Counted from the stretch's first letter, positions 1 to 12,320 are shown. The stretch is 21,867 nucleotides of DNA from Chiloscyllium plagiosum (GCF_004010195.1 NC_057750.1:1772606-1794472), one strand, 5' to 3'. A program made the numbers and translations. The notes: generated by a model not told the origin, from the letters alone.

Positions 1-208
1 AAGGGAGGGGAGTAAAACCACAAACATCTCATGTCTCTGCGTGTGTGGGAAAAGGGGGGAGGGAGAGGTGGCTGTGAGGAGAAGCCAAAGCTGCTCAGCC
101 TCACGTTTTATCATTTATCTCCCACTCACTCTCACAACACACCAAATAAAAACCCACCCCAGTTCCCAAGGCAAACCTACTCCATCCTGGTGGAAAGTCT
201 GAGCGTTG
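1..208 (+). promoter_or_regulatory. Possible upstream non-coding exon or promoter-proximal region of the SAMD4 gene
   Basis: Purine/G-rich unique sequence ending at a donor-like TTG|GTATGT (GT 209), followed by T-rich intron-like sequence. No transcript evidence. Confidence 0.3.
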
Positions 209-1349
209 GTATGTAGATCTTCTCCCTCTTTTGCCTCCAGATCTGCTTCCCCGCCACTTTTTTTTATTCTATTTTTTTTTTATTTTGTTTTCAAAGGAAT
301 TTCAGTCTGGTATTCTTTCTTTGGTTCTTTTTTATACCCTCTTGTGGGAAAGCATATTTAAGGGAGGAAGATTACTTTTACTCTGAAATAGAACTCATTG
401 CAGCATTTTAGTGAGTTTGATTGAAAAAAGATTGCATGACACAGCTGAACTGTTCGTGTCATCACTTTCAGATCATTTTGTAGCTTAAAAAAGAACTGGT
501 CCTGTTCTATTTATAATTTTGGTGTCCTGCTATATCTACCTAAAAGTTATAAATATCAGTGTGTTGTCAAGAGTGTTTTTTGTGTACACAGTGTATGATT
601 AGTCTAAAGAATGAATTTTACATCTATTCAAAATATTGTATGTGAGTTGTTCGGTATGGTGAACTTCTCTTGTTAGGGAGTTTTAGCATATTTTAACATC
701 TATTAAACTTGATGTCAAAAAGTTATGATTAACAAGTTTAATATTTTTGAAAAGCACCTTGGCTAACTTTATTAGTACAGTTTTTGTTGTGGTTGGCTAA
801 CTGCAACCTGTGAGTTACCTGTTGCTCATGATTATCTGCTGATGTGAATTATGAATTAACAACTGATGGTGAAAGGAAACTGTTCTCACTTAAAGGCTGA
901 ATGCCAATTACATTCAACGTTTCAGTTTATTGTTGAGTATTCCAAAGTAGTATGACTTTAAATATGGTAAGATGATTAATATTGAGTGCTGTACCTTCCC
1001 ACTTTGGACATAATGTGAACATGAAATAATTCCTCATTAAAATATACAGTGGATCCCCCTCCCCTCTCTCTCTCATGCCTGAACACTGGTGAAACCTGGG
1101 ATTGGCTACAATCTAAATTTTGCTGTACCCATTCAGAGTTAGATTTCTGAATTGAGGATTTTTTTTGCTGTGAGCTTCATGTTGTGAATGCATTGAGACT
1201 GTCAAGAAGTCTGGCTTGACAGTCTTGTGCTTGGGTTTTCTTTGCTCCCAGGGCAAAATGTTTATTCTGGGTTTGAGCCCAACTTTGGAGGGTTCTTTTA
1301 TATTGAGCCATAGAAGAGAAATTCATTTTAGATTTATTATTTGACAAGT

Positions 1350-1440
1350 GCTCCTTGGATGCTACCTGACCTGCTGTGTTTTTCCAACACCACTGTCATC
1401 TAGACTCTGATTTCTAGCATCTACAGTCCTCACTTGTGCC
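1350..1440 (+). mobile_element. Solo 3'-terminal fragment of PLE family A with 16-bp TSD
   Basis: Homologous to about 13097-13185 (GCTCCTTGGATGCT.CCTGACCTGCTG...CAGTCCTCACTT). Flanked by TTATTATTTGA(C/T)AAGT at 1334-1349 and 1441-1456. Confidence 0.85.
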
Positions 1441-1524
1441 TTATTATTTGATAAGTTTATTGAGAATGCTTATTTGCTGCACTTGATGTATTCTGCTTAT
1501 ATATATGCTGCTTCTGACTTGTAC

Positions 1525-1645
1525 CAACCAGGTGCCCTTTTTATTCATCTGAGTCTTTGTGGCGATTATCGTTGGCTATTCAACCGTGTGAGGTAGCCTG
1601 GTCAATAATGAGAGCAGGGTTGCTGGCTGGTTTCTTTTCCATAAT
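1525..1645 (-). repeat. Possible highly decayed LF-SINE-like remnant
   Basis: Blocks GGCTATTCAACC and GAGCAGGGTTGCTGGCTGGTTT resemble the reverse complement of the LF-SINE body as I recall it; not verified by alignment. Confidence 0.25.
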
Positions 1646-2834
1646 CGAGACTCACCAAAGTAAGCTTAACATCAGTCTCCCATCTCTGCACCTTGGTGAG
1701 GACCTCAGCCGGTAGTTAACAACGATCTTTCTGGAAGAGTGCAAGTGTATTTGGTAGGTTGGGTGTCAGCAGTTAGTCTAATCTGGCTGATGGCCCAAAA
1801 TGTGGGCTTGGGGGCAGTGATATGGAGTTTGGGGTGGGGTTGTGTGGCTCTTTTTAAAATTCTGGCAGCATAGTATTTGACTAACTTGAGAAAGGCAGTA
1901 ATGACACCAAAAGCATCTGATACTTTCAAAATAAGTCTCAGTTTTCTTTGTTGGTTGAATCTGTTTCATCTTTGCAATTCCTCTCCAGTATCTATCACCA
2001 GACTTCCCTTTTTCCAACTTGTCTTTCCATAATTTTGACAGTTAACAATTTGTCACCTATCAATCTTCTGTTGTGGGTGAATGATGAATCTGACTTTTGA
2101 CTACACTTTTCAGAATGGTCAAAAGGGCAGGATGCTCTTATGATAAGCAGTATGACTCTGGCTGATTTATTCTCCACCTGTCAGCTTAGAAGCAAAACTA
2201 CCTGTAGCGCCATAGTTGCCTCCTTTATGATCAGCCAAGATCAGACCTTGGACATTCTGCTGCTGTATGGCTCAGCTGCACAACAGGGCAGTGATGCAGC
2301 AGCTAACCTGACTTGTTTTGTGGTGTATAAATTGTTTAAAGTAATTTGTAGGTAAAGAGATATTTAAGAAAAGGCTGATGTTTAATTTGGAAATATTTTA
2401 ATATTGCATGACAGCAGAATACAAAAAGTACATTGAAGCTGAAGTAGTTTTGTTTTGTCTGATTCTGTGTATAGATTAGAATTAAGTGCGAGGACAGGGG
2501 TACTGATACTTTATAACCTATGATTCATGATGCTGTACTCATCTGGCTTGCACGAGGCTATGTGGACCTGAATATCTCTAGCTTAATTCCTGATCTGTGG
2601 TGGCAGTGAGGGCTCATGTCAGTGAGCTTAATACCACTGGATCATGGAAGAGAAAACATAAAACAGGCTTTCTGTTCCTGGCTGCAATTTAGTGAGCCCT
2701 AGTCCCAAGTGTATAGAAGCAGTCATGGGATTGGTCCTAAGAGGTTGTACAGGATCATGACGTGGGCTGTCTTGGCTGGTTCTTTGGGTGAGGTTCCAGA
2801 GGGTTGTTGCTGCTAACAAATTGTATTGCTCAAG

Positions 2835-3215
2835 AAAGATAGACTTGCATCTATACAACACCTTCATAAGTCAGAATGTTTCAAAGTACTTTAAAACCAT
2901 GATGAAGTTTTAAAAGTACAGTGTGGCAGCCAATTGTGCACAGTAAGCTCCACAAAGAACATCATCCCATCTACTTCACCTGATTTAGAGAGAAATACTG
3001 ACCAGGGCTTGTCTCTGAAAACATCCCATAGCAATATTTGATATCAGACTGAGAACTAGTCTTTTCTCTTAGTTGAGCATCTTGTCTGAAAAGTAACGCC
3101 TCAGTGCACCCTAGGATTGCACGTGGGAGTGTCAGTCTGGATTATTTGTGTCTAGAGTGGGACTCTAATCTACAACACTCAAGCTAGTATGTGAATGTTA
3201 TTTACCAAACCACAA
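2835..3215 (-). mobile_element. Decayed Deu-domain SINE (SacSINE1/AmnSINE1-like)
   Basis: Blocks GGCAGCCAATTGTGCACAGTAAGCTCCACAAA, GGGAGTGTCAGTCTGGATT and CTAGAGTGGGACT (degenerate reverse B-box region) occur in the order I recall for DeuSINEs. Confidence 0.55.
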
Positions 3216-3395
3216 CTAAAATTCAACAAAGATTCCCAGCTGAACACTGAGCACATGAGAGAGGTTGGATGATATAATTGGTTTGAAACCAATTGTTTTT
3301 CAGTTTCCTGGTAGTCAGGAATCCTGGTTTTCAGGATGCAAAGGAGCAATTGAAGACATTTTCTTTTCTAGTTGTGGGTTTCAAAAATGTAGTCT

Positions 3396-3800
3396 TCACA
3401 GAAAGCAGATGTCTTATCGTACAGAAGAAAGTTGTTGTGCCTATCGTCTGCATTGGCCCTTCAAGTGAGCATCATTGCCTAGTGCCAATCTCTTGCTCTT
3501 TTCCCATATGCTTGTTTTATTTTTATCCAAATCATCTAATGCCCTCTTGAATGCCTCAATTGAAACTACCTCCACTACTCTGAGACAGTGCATTCTCCAC
3601 CCTAGTGAAAAAGCTTTTTCTTATCACCCATGCTTTGTTTGAATACAATTTTAAATCTATGTCCATTTGTCCTTGTTCCTTTTTCAAGCAGGAACATTTT
3701 CTCCCTATCTCCTTTATCCAGCTCACTTTTGAAATTAATTTGGTTGAAGAATAACTCAGTCCATCTGAGCTGTGTTCTTGACGCACCAATGCTATCATTT
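3396..3800 (-). mobile_element. Old CR1-clade LINE 3' end fragment
   Basis: Minus-strand translation IRKSFFTRV.NALSQ resembles the CR1 ORF2 C-terminal motif seen in 3980-4243 (RRNFFSQ.VNLWNTLPQ). Confidence 0.5.
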
Positions 3801-3983
3801 TACCACATCTGAATTGTGTCCATGTTTTCCGTTTTCATCTTCACAGGAACATATGCCTGAGTCCTTCCTACCTTTAGTCATCCAGGGGATAAAAGAGCTG
3901 TCTGGTGACCTGTTCTGGATTTGCTCTTAACAAATGTGAATTTGTCCTTCTGGATACTGCAGTGCGAATGTTTGAGAAGTTAA

Positions 3984-4867
3984 GGCCATAAGACCTTAAG
4001 CCATTCAGCCCCTCTAATTTGCTCTGCCATTAGATTGTGGCTGTTATGTTTCTCAACTCGTTCTCCTGCCTTTTCCCCATAGCTTTTGATGCCCTTACTA
4101 ATTAAAGACTTGTATAAACTGGTCTTAAATGCATTCAATGACTTAGCCTCCACAGCCCTTTGTGGCAATGTGTTCCACAGATTCACCAAGTTCTGGCTGA
4201 AGAAATTCCTTCTCATTTTAGTTCTGAAGGGCCACTCCTTCATTCTGAGGCTGTACCCTCAGTTCCTAGTCTTTCCTAGTGGAAACGTCCATTCTATCTA
4301 GGCCTCTCAATATTCTAAGTTTCACGAGATCACGCTTATCTTTGTAAACTCCAAGTACAGACCCAGAGTTCTCAACACTTGCTCATTTGACAAGCCCGTC
4401 ATCCCTGGGATCATTGTAAACTTCCCCTAGATCCTCTCCAATGCCAGCACATCCATCCTTAAATACAGGGCCCATAAGTGTTCTCAATGTTCCAAATGCA
4501 GCCTGACCAGAGCCTTATAAAACCTTAGCAGTATATTTCTGCTCTTGTATTCTAACCATCTTGAAATGAATGTTAATGTTCCATTTGTACCTGCACATTA
4601 ATCTTAAAAGAATTCTGAACTAAGGCACCCAGGTCCCTTTGTGCTTCAGGTTTCTGAAGCCTTTCCCCATGTAAAAAAATAGTCGACACCTTTTCTTCCT
4701 ACCAAAGTGCATAACCTCTCATATTCCCAAATTGTATTCCATTTGCCGCTTCTTCACCCACCTCCCTAGCCTGTCTAAGTCCTTCTGCAGCCTTCCTGCT
4801 TCCTCAACACTATCTATCTGCAAACTTAGCAGCAATGCCCTCAGTTCATTAATCTAAATCATTAACG
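3984..4867 (-). mobile_element. 5'-truncated CR1-clade LINE (degenerate RT C-terminus plus 3' UTR), interrupted by a PLE; short continuation at about 5456-5483
   Basis: ORF 3980..4243 gives RRNFFSQNLVNLWNTLPQRAVEAKSLNAFK..GIKSYG. Upstream remnants include LYKALVRLHLEH and KFAD. Confidence 0.9.
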
Positions 4868-5455
4868 ACACCAACCCCTTGGCATCATGGTAGCCCACAA
4901 ACCTACCAACACACTGAAACAGCTACTAATAAACCTTCAGGACCCTATTACCACCAACCAGCAAAACTAATATCATTTACAAAATACCTTGCAAGGACTG
5001 TAGCAAACACTACATTGGACAGACCAGGCAGAAAACAAACTACCAGGATACACTAATACCGACTAGCCACCAAAAGACATGACTCATTATCACTAGTATC
5101 CTTACATACAGACAAAGAAGGACACCACTTCAACTGGGACAACACAGCCATCCTAGGAAAGGCTAAACAGAGAAACGCACGGGAATTCCTAGAGGCCTGG
5201 CATTCAAACAAGAGCTCCATCAATAAACACATTGATTTGGACCTCATTTACCAACCTCTGAGAAAAAGAACCAGAAATGATATCATCCACCTTAACAGAC
5301 CAACACACACACATAGAAAGCAGGATAGAACACCAGTGCTTCACCGGAGTCTCGCTGATGATGTCACCTAGCATGGTGACAAAACATCTGAAAACAATCC
5401 TTCCAGCTCAGCGAGCAAACTTACAACCTGAGCTACAAATCTTCTCAAAAATTGC
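4868..5455 (+). mobile_element. PLE family B (Penelope/Poseidon-type), 5'-truncated: GIY-YIG endonuclease remnant plus terminal region with HHR motif
   Basis: Frameshifted translation LGIMVAHKPTNTLKQLL...IIYKIPCKDCSKHYIGQT...RHDSLSLVSLHTDKEGHHFNWDN..AREFLEAWHS..SINKH. TSD AAATCATTAA(C/T)G at 4856-4867 and 5456-5467. Confidence 0.9.
5352..5391 (+). ncRNA. Degenerate minimal hammerhead motif of PLE family B
   Basis: CTGATGA (5355-5361) T, stem II GTCACC-TAGCAT-GGTGAC, then AAAACATC in place of GAAACGTC (two CpG-type G>A changes in the core); probably inactive. Confidence 0.6.
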
Positions 5456-5997
5456 AAATCATTAATGTATAACATGAATAGTTATACATCTCAATATTTA
5501 TTCCTAGGTAAGCCCATTCACCATTTTACCCCTCATACTGTGTTTCTTCAACATGTGCCTTATGTAGTTGAAGGAACTGAGTATCACCTTTCCTCAAACC
5601 ACCACCAGTATCTTAAAACAAAAATGCTAGAAATACAACCGGTCAATCAGCAGCTAAGAGAATCAACACATTTTGATGTGTATTTTTTTTAGTGTTAAAT
5701 CTTCAAAATGTGAGTCTCTGTCTTCATCAGTACTGACCCATGTGTTTACTATATCTTCTAGTTTGTTTCAGATGTTCATGTCTGCAATATTTTTGGCTTT
5801 TTTGTCATTCACGTTCTGGTTTCCAAGAGGAGTACATGTTTTCTGTTTTCCTCTTCACAGGAACATATGAGAAAATACCATTTCAGGTATTTTAGCACAC
5901 TCCCTTTTATTTCAGAAAAATGTAGATTCAAAAGAAAAAAAGGCGGTTTTGTGAACACCATTTGCTGTCTGATACCTCATCCAAGTGACCATGTGTT

Positions 5998-8900
5998 TAG
6001 AGCACAGAACAGTGTTGTGCCGAGCATTTATCTTAATCTAAGATCAACCTAACCTACAGACCCATCAATTTATTGCCATCCATGTGCTTCCAGCAGTCAC
6101 TTTAATGACTCTAATGTCTCCGACTCTCCTGCCTCCATTGGCGCTGCATTCCACTCACTCGCCACTCTATGTATAGAACCTACATTTAACATCTCCCTTA
6201 TTCCTTCCTCCAATCACCTTAAAATTATGACCCCTCGTGACAGCCAATTCTGCCCTGGGGGAGAAGCCTCTGGCTCTCTACTCTATCTATGCCTCTCATT
6301 GTCTTGTATACCTCTATCAAGTCACCCCTTTCTTCCTTCTCTCCAGTGTGAAAACCAGACCTCACTCAACCTCTCTTCATAAGACAAGCCCTCCAATCCA
6401 GGCAGTATCCTGGTAAATCTCTTCTGCACCCTCTCTAAAGCGTCCACATCTTTCCTATAATGCAACTGGACACAATATTCCAAGTGTGGTCTAACGAGGG
6501 TTTTATAGAGCTGCAGCAACACCTCACAGCTTTTAAACTCAATCCCCCGTTAATGAAAGCCAAAACACCGTATGCTGTCTTAACAACTTTTTCAACTTGG
6601 GTGGCAACTTTGAGGGACCTATGTTTGTGGACTCCAAGATCCTGCTGTTCCTCCATACTGTCAAGAATCCTGTCTTTAACCCTGTATTCAGCATTCAAAT
6701 TTGATCTTCCAAAATGAATCATTTCGCATTTATCCAGATGTAAGACTCACTGGTCTATAATTCCTAGGGATATCCCTATTCTCTTTCTTCAACAGAGGAA
6801 CAACATTTGCCTCCTTCCAGTCATCTGGTACTACTCCATGGAGAGTGAGAATACAAAGATCATGGCCAGAGGCGCAGCAATCTCATTCCTCACTTACTGT
6901 GGTAACCTTGGATATATCTGGTCTGGCCCTGGGGACTTTTCTATCTTGATGCTTCCCAGAGTTTCCAGCACATCCACTTCCTTAATATCAATCTGTTCAA
7001 GTCTATTAACCTGGTCCACGGTGTTCCCACAATCAACAAGGTCCCTCTCTCGAGTGAATACTGAAGCCGAAAACTGTTCGGGCCTCCCCCACCTCTTCAG
7101 ATACCAGGCACAAGCTCCCTCCACTATCTCTGATCGGCCTTACCCTCCCTCTGATCATTCTCTTATTCCTCCAGTAAGCATCGAACGCCTTTGAGTTTTC
7201 CCTAATCCTTCCCGCCAAGGCTTTTTTGTGACCCCTCCTAGCTGTCCTCGGTCCATTTGAGTTCTTTCCTAGCTACCCATTCTCTAAACCTGTGCCTGAT
7301 CCTTGCTTCCTCATCCTTAAATAAGCATCCTTCTTCCTCTTGACGAGAAGCTCCTCTTGTCATCCAAGGCTCGTTCACCTTACCATTCCTTGCCTGTCTC
7401 AGTGGGACAATAAGTGCTCCTTAAACAGCCTCCACATTTATGTTGTGCATTTCCCATAGAACAATTGTTCCCAATTTATACTCCAGCTCCTGTCCAATAG
7501 CAGTATAATTTCCCCCCTCCCAATTAAATACCTTCCCAAACTGTCCTGTCCTTCTCCATGGCTATGGTAAAGGTGAGGCAGTTGTGGTCACTCACTGAAA
7601 TCTTGTCCCACCAAGAGATCTGACACCTGGCCTGGCTCATTGTCTAGCATCAAATCCAATATGGCCTGCCTCCTCGTTGGCCTATCTACATATTGAGCCA
7701 GGAATCCTTCCTGGACACACCTGACAATCGGCTTCATCCGGACCATCTGCGCTCAAGAGGTTCCAATCAGTATCGGGGAAGTTGAAGTCACCCATACAAC
7801 AACTCTGTTACATCTGCACCTCTCCAAGATCTGCTGTCCAATCTTCTTCCATCTCTCTGCTGCTATTGTGTGTGTGTGTGGGGCGAGGGGGGAGGGTCTA
7901 TAGAAAACATCCAATAAAGTGACTGCTCCTTTCCTGTTTCTGACTTCTACCCATACTGACTCAATAGACAAACTCTCCTCAACAATCTCCTTTTCTCTAA
8001 CAATGCTACTCCCCCTCCTCTTTTACCCTGGTCTTTTTAAAAGGTCTAAACCCTGGAACATCCAGCAACCATTCCTGTGAAATCCATGTCTCCATTATGG
8101 CCACAACATCGTAGTTCCAAGTACTGATCCATGCCCCAAAGTTCATCACTCTTATTCCTGACACTCCTTGCATTGAACCAGACTCACTTTAACCCATCTC
8201 TTTGCCCTATCAACAATGTATCGTTCCTGACAGACTCTCTGCATTCTATTTCTGCCCTTTTCAACAACTACCCTCTCCTCTGATCTATATCTCTGGTTCC
8301 CATCCCCCTGCCAAACTAGTTTGAACTCTCCTGAAGTGCTCCAGCAAATGTCCCACCCAGGACATTGGTGTCCCTCCAGTTTTAAGTGCAGACTGTCCTT
8401 CATGTACAGGTCCCACCTTCCCCAGAAGGTACCCCAATGATCTATGTATCTGACGCCCTCCCTCTTGTACCAGTTCAGTAGCTGTATATTTAGCTGCACT
8501 CGCTCACTTTTCTTTGCCTCACAAACACGTGGCACCAGTAGTAATCCTCAGATTACTACTCTGCTCATCCTGCATTTTAGCTTCCAACCTAATTCCCTGA
8601 AATCACTTTAGATCCTCATCCCTTTTCTTAGCTATGTCGTGATGCCAATATGCACCATGACTTCTGGCTGCTCACCCAACCCCTTCAGAATCTTGTAGAC
8701 TCGATCAGAGACATCCTAGACCCTGGCACCTGGGCAGCAACATAGCTTCCAGGAGTCCAACTAGTATTTTTCTATTCGCCCCCCCCCCCCACCATTATCT
8801 GAGCCAAAGAGCCAGAATCATTGCCAAACACCTGGCCACTGGCTTTCTCCTGGCAGGTTGTTAAACAACCCACCACCACCACCACCAAAGCAGTAACCAA

Positions 8901-9440
8901 AATGGTATACTGTTATTGAGAGGAACACCACATAGGATCCTTGCACTGTCTACTTGTTCCCTTTCTGTCCACTGACTGTAACCCATCTACCTTTTTCCTG
9001 TACCTGAGGTGAGACTACCTCCCTGTAACTTCTCTCTACTACCCCCTCTATCTCCCAAATGATCCGAAGTTTATCCCACTCCAGCTCCTAATGTGGTTTT
9101 CGAGGAGCTGGAGTTGGGTGCACTTCCCACAGGTGAAGTCAATGGAGACACTAGTGGAGACTCTTACCTCATGCATCCTACAGGAGGAACATTTTCAATG
9201 TCCTGAATTCCTAAAGAGACTATTGAAAACAACTGGCAACCTTACCGAATTAATGCACAGAACCTTATTTTTTTGGTTAGAGGACGAGGATAGGTGGGAG
9301 ACACTAAGTAGTGTTTCGGGTAAAGCAGCCGTCCAAATATATTACCTCACTTACCCAGCAGTCCTGTGTTTGCTCCTGTTCAGTGTGCGCTCTGCCCATT
9401 CACAAGGTAAGTTATTAAAAGTTTAATTTACCTCCCTGGC
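5998..9440 (-). mobile_element. Near full-length, internally deleted, degenerate CR1-clade LINE (esterase ORF1, APE endonuclease, RT C-terminus)
   Basis: ORF1 remnant NWYKREGVRYIDHWGTFWGRWDLYMKDSLHL (8152..8535); APE remnant ESVWVEVRNRKGAVTLLDVFYRP (7753..7971); linker IKIEKSPGPDQIYPR; C-terminal LYKTLVRPHLEYCVQ..LERVQKRFTR. The RT core is missing at about 6740. Confidence 0.92.
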
Positions 9441-9444
9441 AAGT

Positions 9445-9630
9445 TTAACAACATCCTTCCTATAGGAGGGAGACCCCGGAATTGCACACGATATTCCAAG
9501 TGTGGCCTAACCAATGTTCTGTACAGCTGAATATGTCCTGTGAACTTCTATACTCTATGTTCTGACCAATAAAGGCAAAAATATCAAACACTTTCAGTAT
9601 CTTATCTACCTCTGACTCCCCTTTAAGGAT
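9445..9630 (-). mobile_element. Separate short CR1 RT C-terminal fragment
   Basis: Homologous to about 6450-6620 (ATATTCCAAGTGTGG.CTAAC); reads LYRTLVRPHLEY on the minus strand. Confidence 0.75.
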
Positions 9631-9679
9631 TTTTAGACAAGAAATATGCAAACTCCATTCCCTAATTTCTGAGCCTGTG

Positions 9680-11290
9680 TATTGGCAACTCTTCAGACTG
9701 AACCACACTGTTCGGAATCTTAATGTTATATCAAACTTGGGATAAGATTTCTATATTTACTTCATCTGTAAGAACATTTCTGGATCAGTAGTGCATGACT
9801 TTGTCATTTCTTCGGCTCGTTTGTGGACCAGGCCCAGTAAACTATACTCCTGTTTCTTAGGTTCTTGTCTGTCGCTGAAATTCCCATTCATGCCTTGACT
9901 ATTCCAAGGCACTGCTACCATTCACAAGCAGAGTTTAGAATGTTCTCGAGCTTCTGTCTTAACTTGTTTTGCTACCTGCCCTCCTTATATTTACATTGGT
10001 GCATGATCAAATGGCCTTGTCCCTTCATATCTTTGCCATCTCCTTCAGCCCTGCAACCACACTAGCTCTCTGTGCTCCCATCTACTTTGCTTTCTTGTGC
10101 AAGCCTGATTTTGTTCACACCACCATTGGTAACAATGAATGTATCTGACTCGACACTAAACTCTCAAATCCCTTAATGAGTTTGAAGAAGATTTGTAGCT
10201 CAGATTAAGATTCTGGGTGTAAGTTTGGCTGAGCTGGAAGGTTTGTTTTCAGATGTTTTGTCACCATGCTAGGTAACATCATCAGTGAGCCTCCAGTTAA
10301 CTACTGGTGTTATGGCCTGTTTTCTATTTGTGTTTAGGTTTCCTTGGGGTGGTGACATCATTTCAGGTTGTGATGTGCTTCCTGTTCATTTTTCTTAGAG
10401 GCTGATAGATGAGATCCAAGTCAATGTGTTTGTTGACAGAGTTCCAGTTGGAATGCCATGCTTCTAAGAATTCTTGTGCATGTCTCTGTTTGGCTTGTCC
10501 TAGAATGGATGTGTCATCCCAGTCAAAGTGGTGTCCTTCCTCCTCTGTATGTAAAGATACTAGTGAGAGTGGGTCATGTCTTTTTGTGGCTAGTTGATGT
10601 TCATGTATCCTGGTGGCTAGTTTTCTGCCTGTTTGTTCAATGTAGTGTTTGTGACCGTTCTTGCAAGGTATATTTTGTAAATGACATTCATTTTGCTTGT
10701 TGTCTGTATAGGATCTTTTAAGTTCATTAGCTAGTATTTTAGTGTGTGGGTTTGTGGGCTACCATAATGCCAAGAGGTCTTGAGTAGTCTGGCAATCATT
10801 TCAGAGACGTCTATGTAGGGCAGAGTGGCTAGGGTTTCTGGGCGCATTTTGTCTTTTTCTCAGCAACAAAGAAAAACAAATTGTCGGACTGTGTTCATTG
10901 GGTACCTGTGCTCTTTTGAATACAATGTTCATATGACTTTCTTCTGCTCTTCGTAGTTCCTTGGTGCTGCAGTGTGTGGTGGCTCGTTGAAATAAAGTTC
11001 TAACCTCAACACACACAATAGAAAGGGGGTCGTAACAACAGTGTTTCACCAGAGGCTCACTAATGTTACCGAGTATAGTGATAAAACGTTTGAAAGTGTA
11101 CCTTCCAACTCAGCGAGCAAACTTACATCCAGAATCTAAAACCCCCCTCAATATCTCACTATTGCTTTCTTTCTGTCCTCACTTGAGATGCTCCTAAAAC
11201 ACACCTCTGTCTTTGTGGATTTTTAATATTCAGTGCATCTTTGAAGTGGCTTAGAATGTGTTATTATATTTAAAGGTGCTGTGTAGTTGC
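9680..11290 (+). mobile_element. Old L2-like LINE 3' remnant, split by the PLE at 10174-11137
   Basis: Fragmentary AEI.IHA / LDYSKALL / LHW peptides (about 9870-10000) and a 3'-end-like GATGCTCCTAAAACACACCTCT...TAAAGGTGCT (about 11185-11280). Recognised from memory of L2 C-termini. Confidence 0.45.
10174..11137 (-). mobile_element. PLE family B copy (RT C-terminus plus GIY-YIG, minus strand) with an inverted terminal-repeat copy at its 5' truncation (11005-11137, plus strand)
   Basis: About 10174-10780 is the reverse complement of 4868-5455; ORF 10801..11049 gives VRTLFQRATTHCSTKELRRAEE; 11005-11137 matches about 5300-5425 directly; decayed HHR motif at about 10249-10288 (-). Confidence 0.9.
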
Positions 11291-12320
11291 CAATAATTTC
11301 TAATGATTTCAATCTACAGTACAAATGAAGTCCTGAATCCATTTTTTGTAGTTAGTGCAATAGGTAGCTCCTCTTTCATTACGAGGAAATGTAACTATCA
11401 ATATACCCCTTGCCCCTCCTGAATATAGTGACATGGGATCCAGCTCTCACTTAACCCTCACTCAAATGATAATTCACTTTTCAACCTAGTGTTAGCAGGA
11501 AATTTAATCATAGAAGATATCACCAGCAGATCTTATCTAACCCTTGCCTAATGTGAAAAAGCATTTTCCAACATGGATTGAAAGATCAGAAATAGGAACT
11601 ATTGGGAAATTTTTCTCCCCCTCCTAGTTAGTGGCCATGGCTGTGATCTGTGCATCCTAGTTTCCCGTGAGGACCGGCGTTCAGTGTACAATTGTCTGTC
11701 ATTTAGAATCACGTGTTGCAGTGCAATTGCCTATTGAGTTATCAAAGTAGCAGTCTATGCTGAAGATAGTGTTTAGTATGAAACACAAAGTAAAATTTAT
11801 CATTTAAGCTGAGAACAAGGTTCTTGATATTTTGTTTTATTATTTAATGTTTACAAGATGAGCACGGTGTGATAATTGAACATTTCTTGCCATTACTCCC
11901 AACTTTTCTCCACCTATTGCAGCCCATTAGCTGAGAGCATAAGTAGGTGGCATTCCAGCCATTGAGTTTGGGCTTTTTTCTACACAACTGTGCGTTGTGT
12001 TGTCATTTTATGGATCATGAGCTTCCTGGATAGTATTGTGGTGAAACAAGGCCAGTGAGTTTGGCTAAACCAGTTGCAGGATGGGGCGATTTATGTGTAA
12101 GCAGTCGGTTTCTGAAGACCCTGTGATTTTTCTTGCTTAACTGTTGAACAAGTTAAATTTCAAATGAAACTTTTTGCAAGCAGCTTGCTATCCATAGCCC
12201 ATGAAATAGAAATATGACATGCTTTTAGGTTTCTGTATTAAAGATCTCTTTGTAAATTGATCATGAAAAAATAGGCCTAGTAAGTTTGAGCACTGTCCTC
12301 TGGTTGTGCTGTTGAAATCA

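Noticed and set aside
1..70. G-rich stretch as a G-quadruplex or CpG-island promoter
   Set aside because: G-runs do not form a clean four-tract motif with short loops, CpGs are sparse, and upstream context is outside the window.
5615..5800. Faint similarity to PLE terminal units in both orientations
   Set aside because: Too diverged to align confidently by eye.
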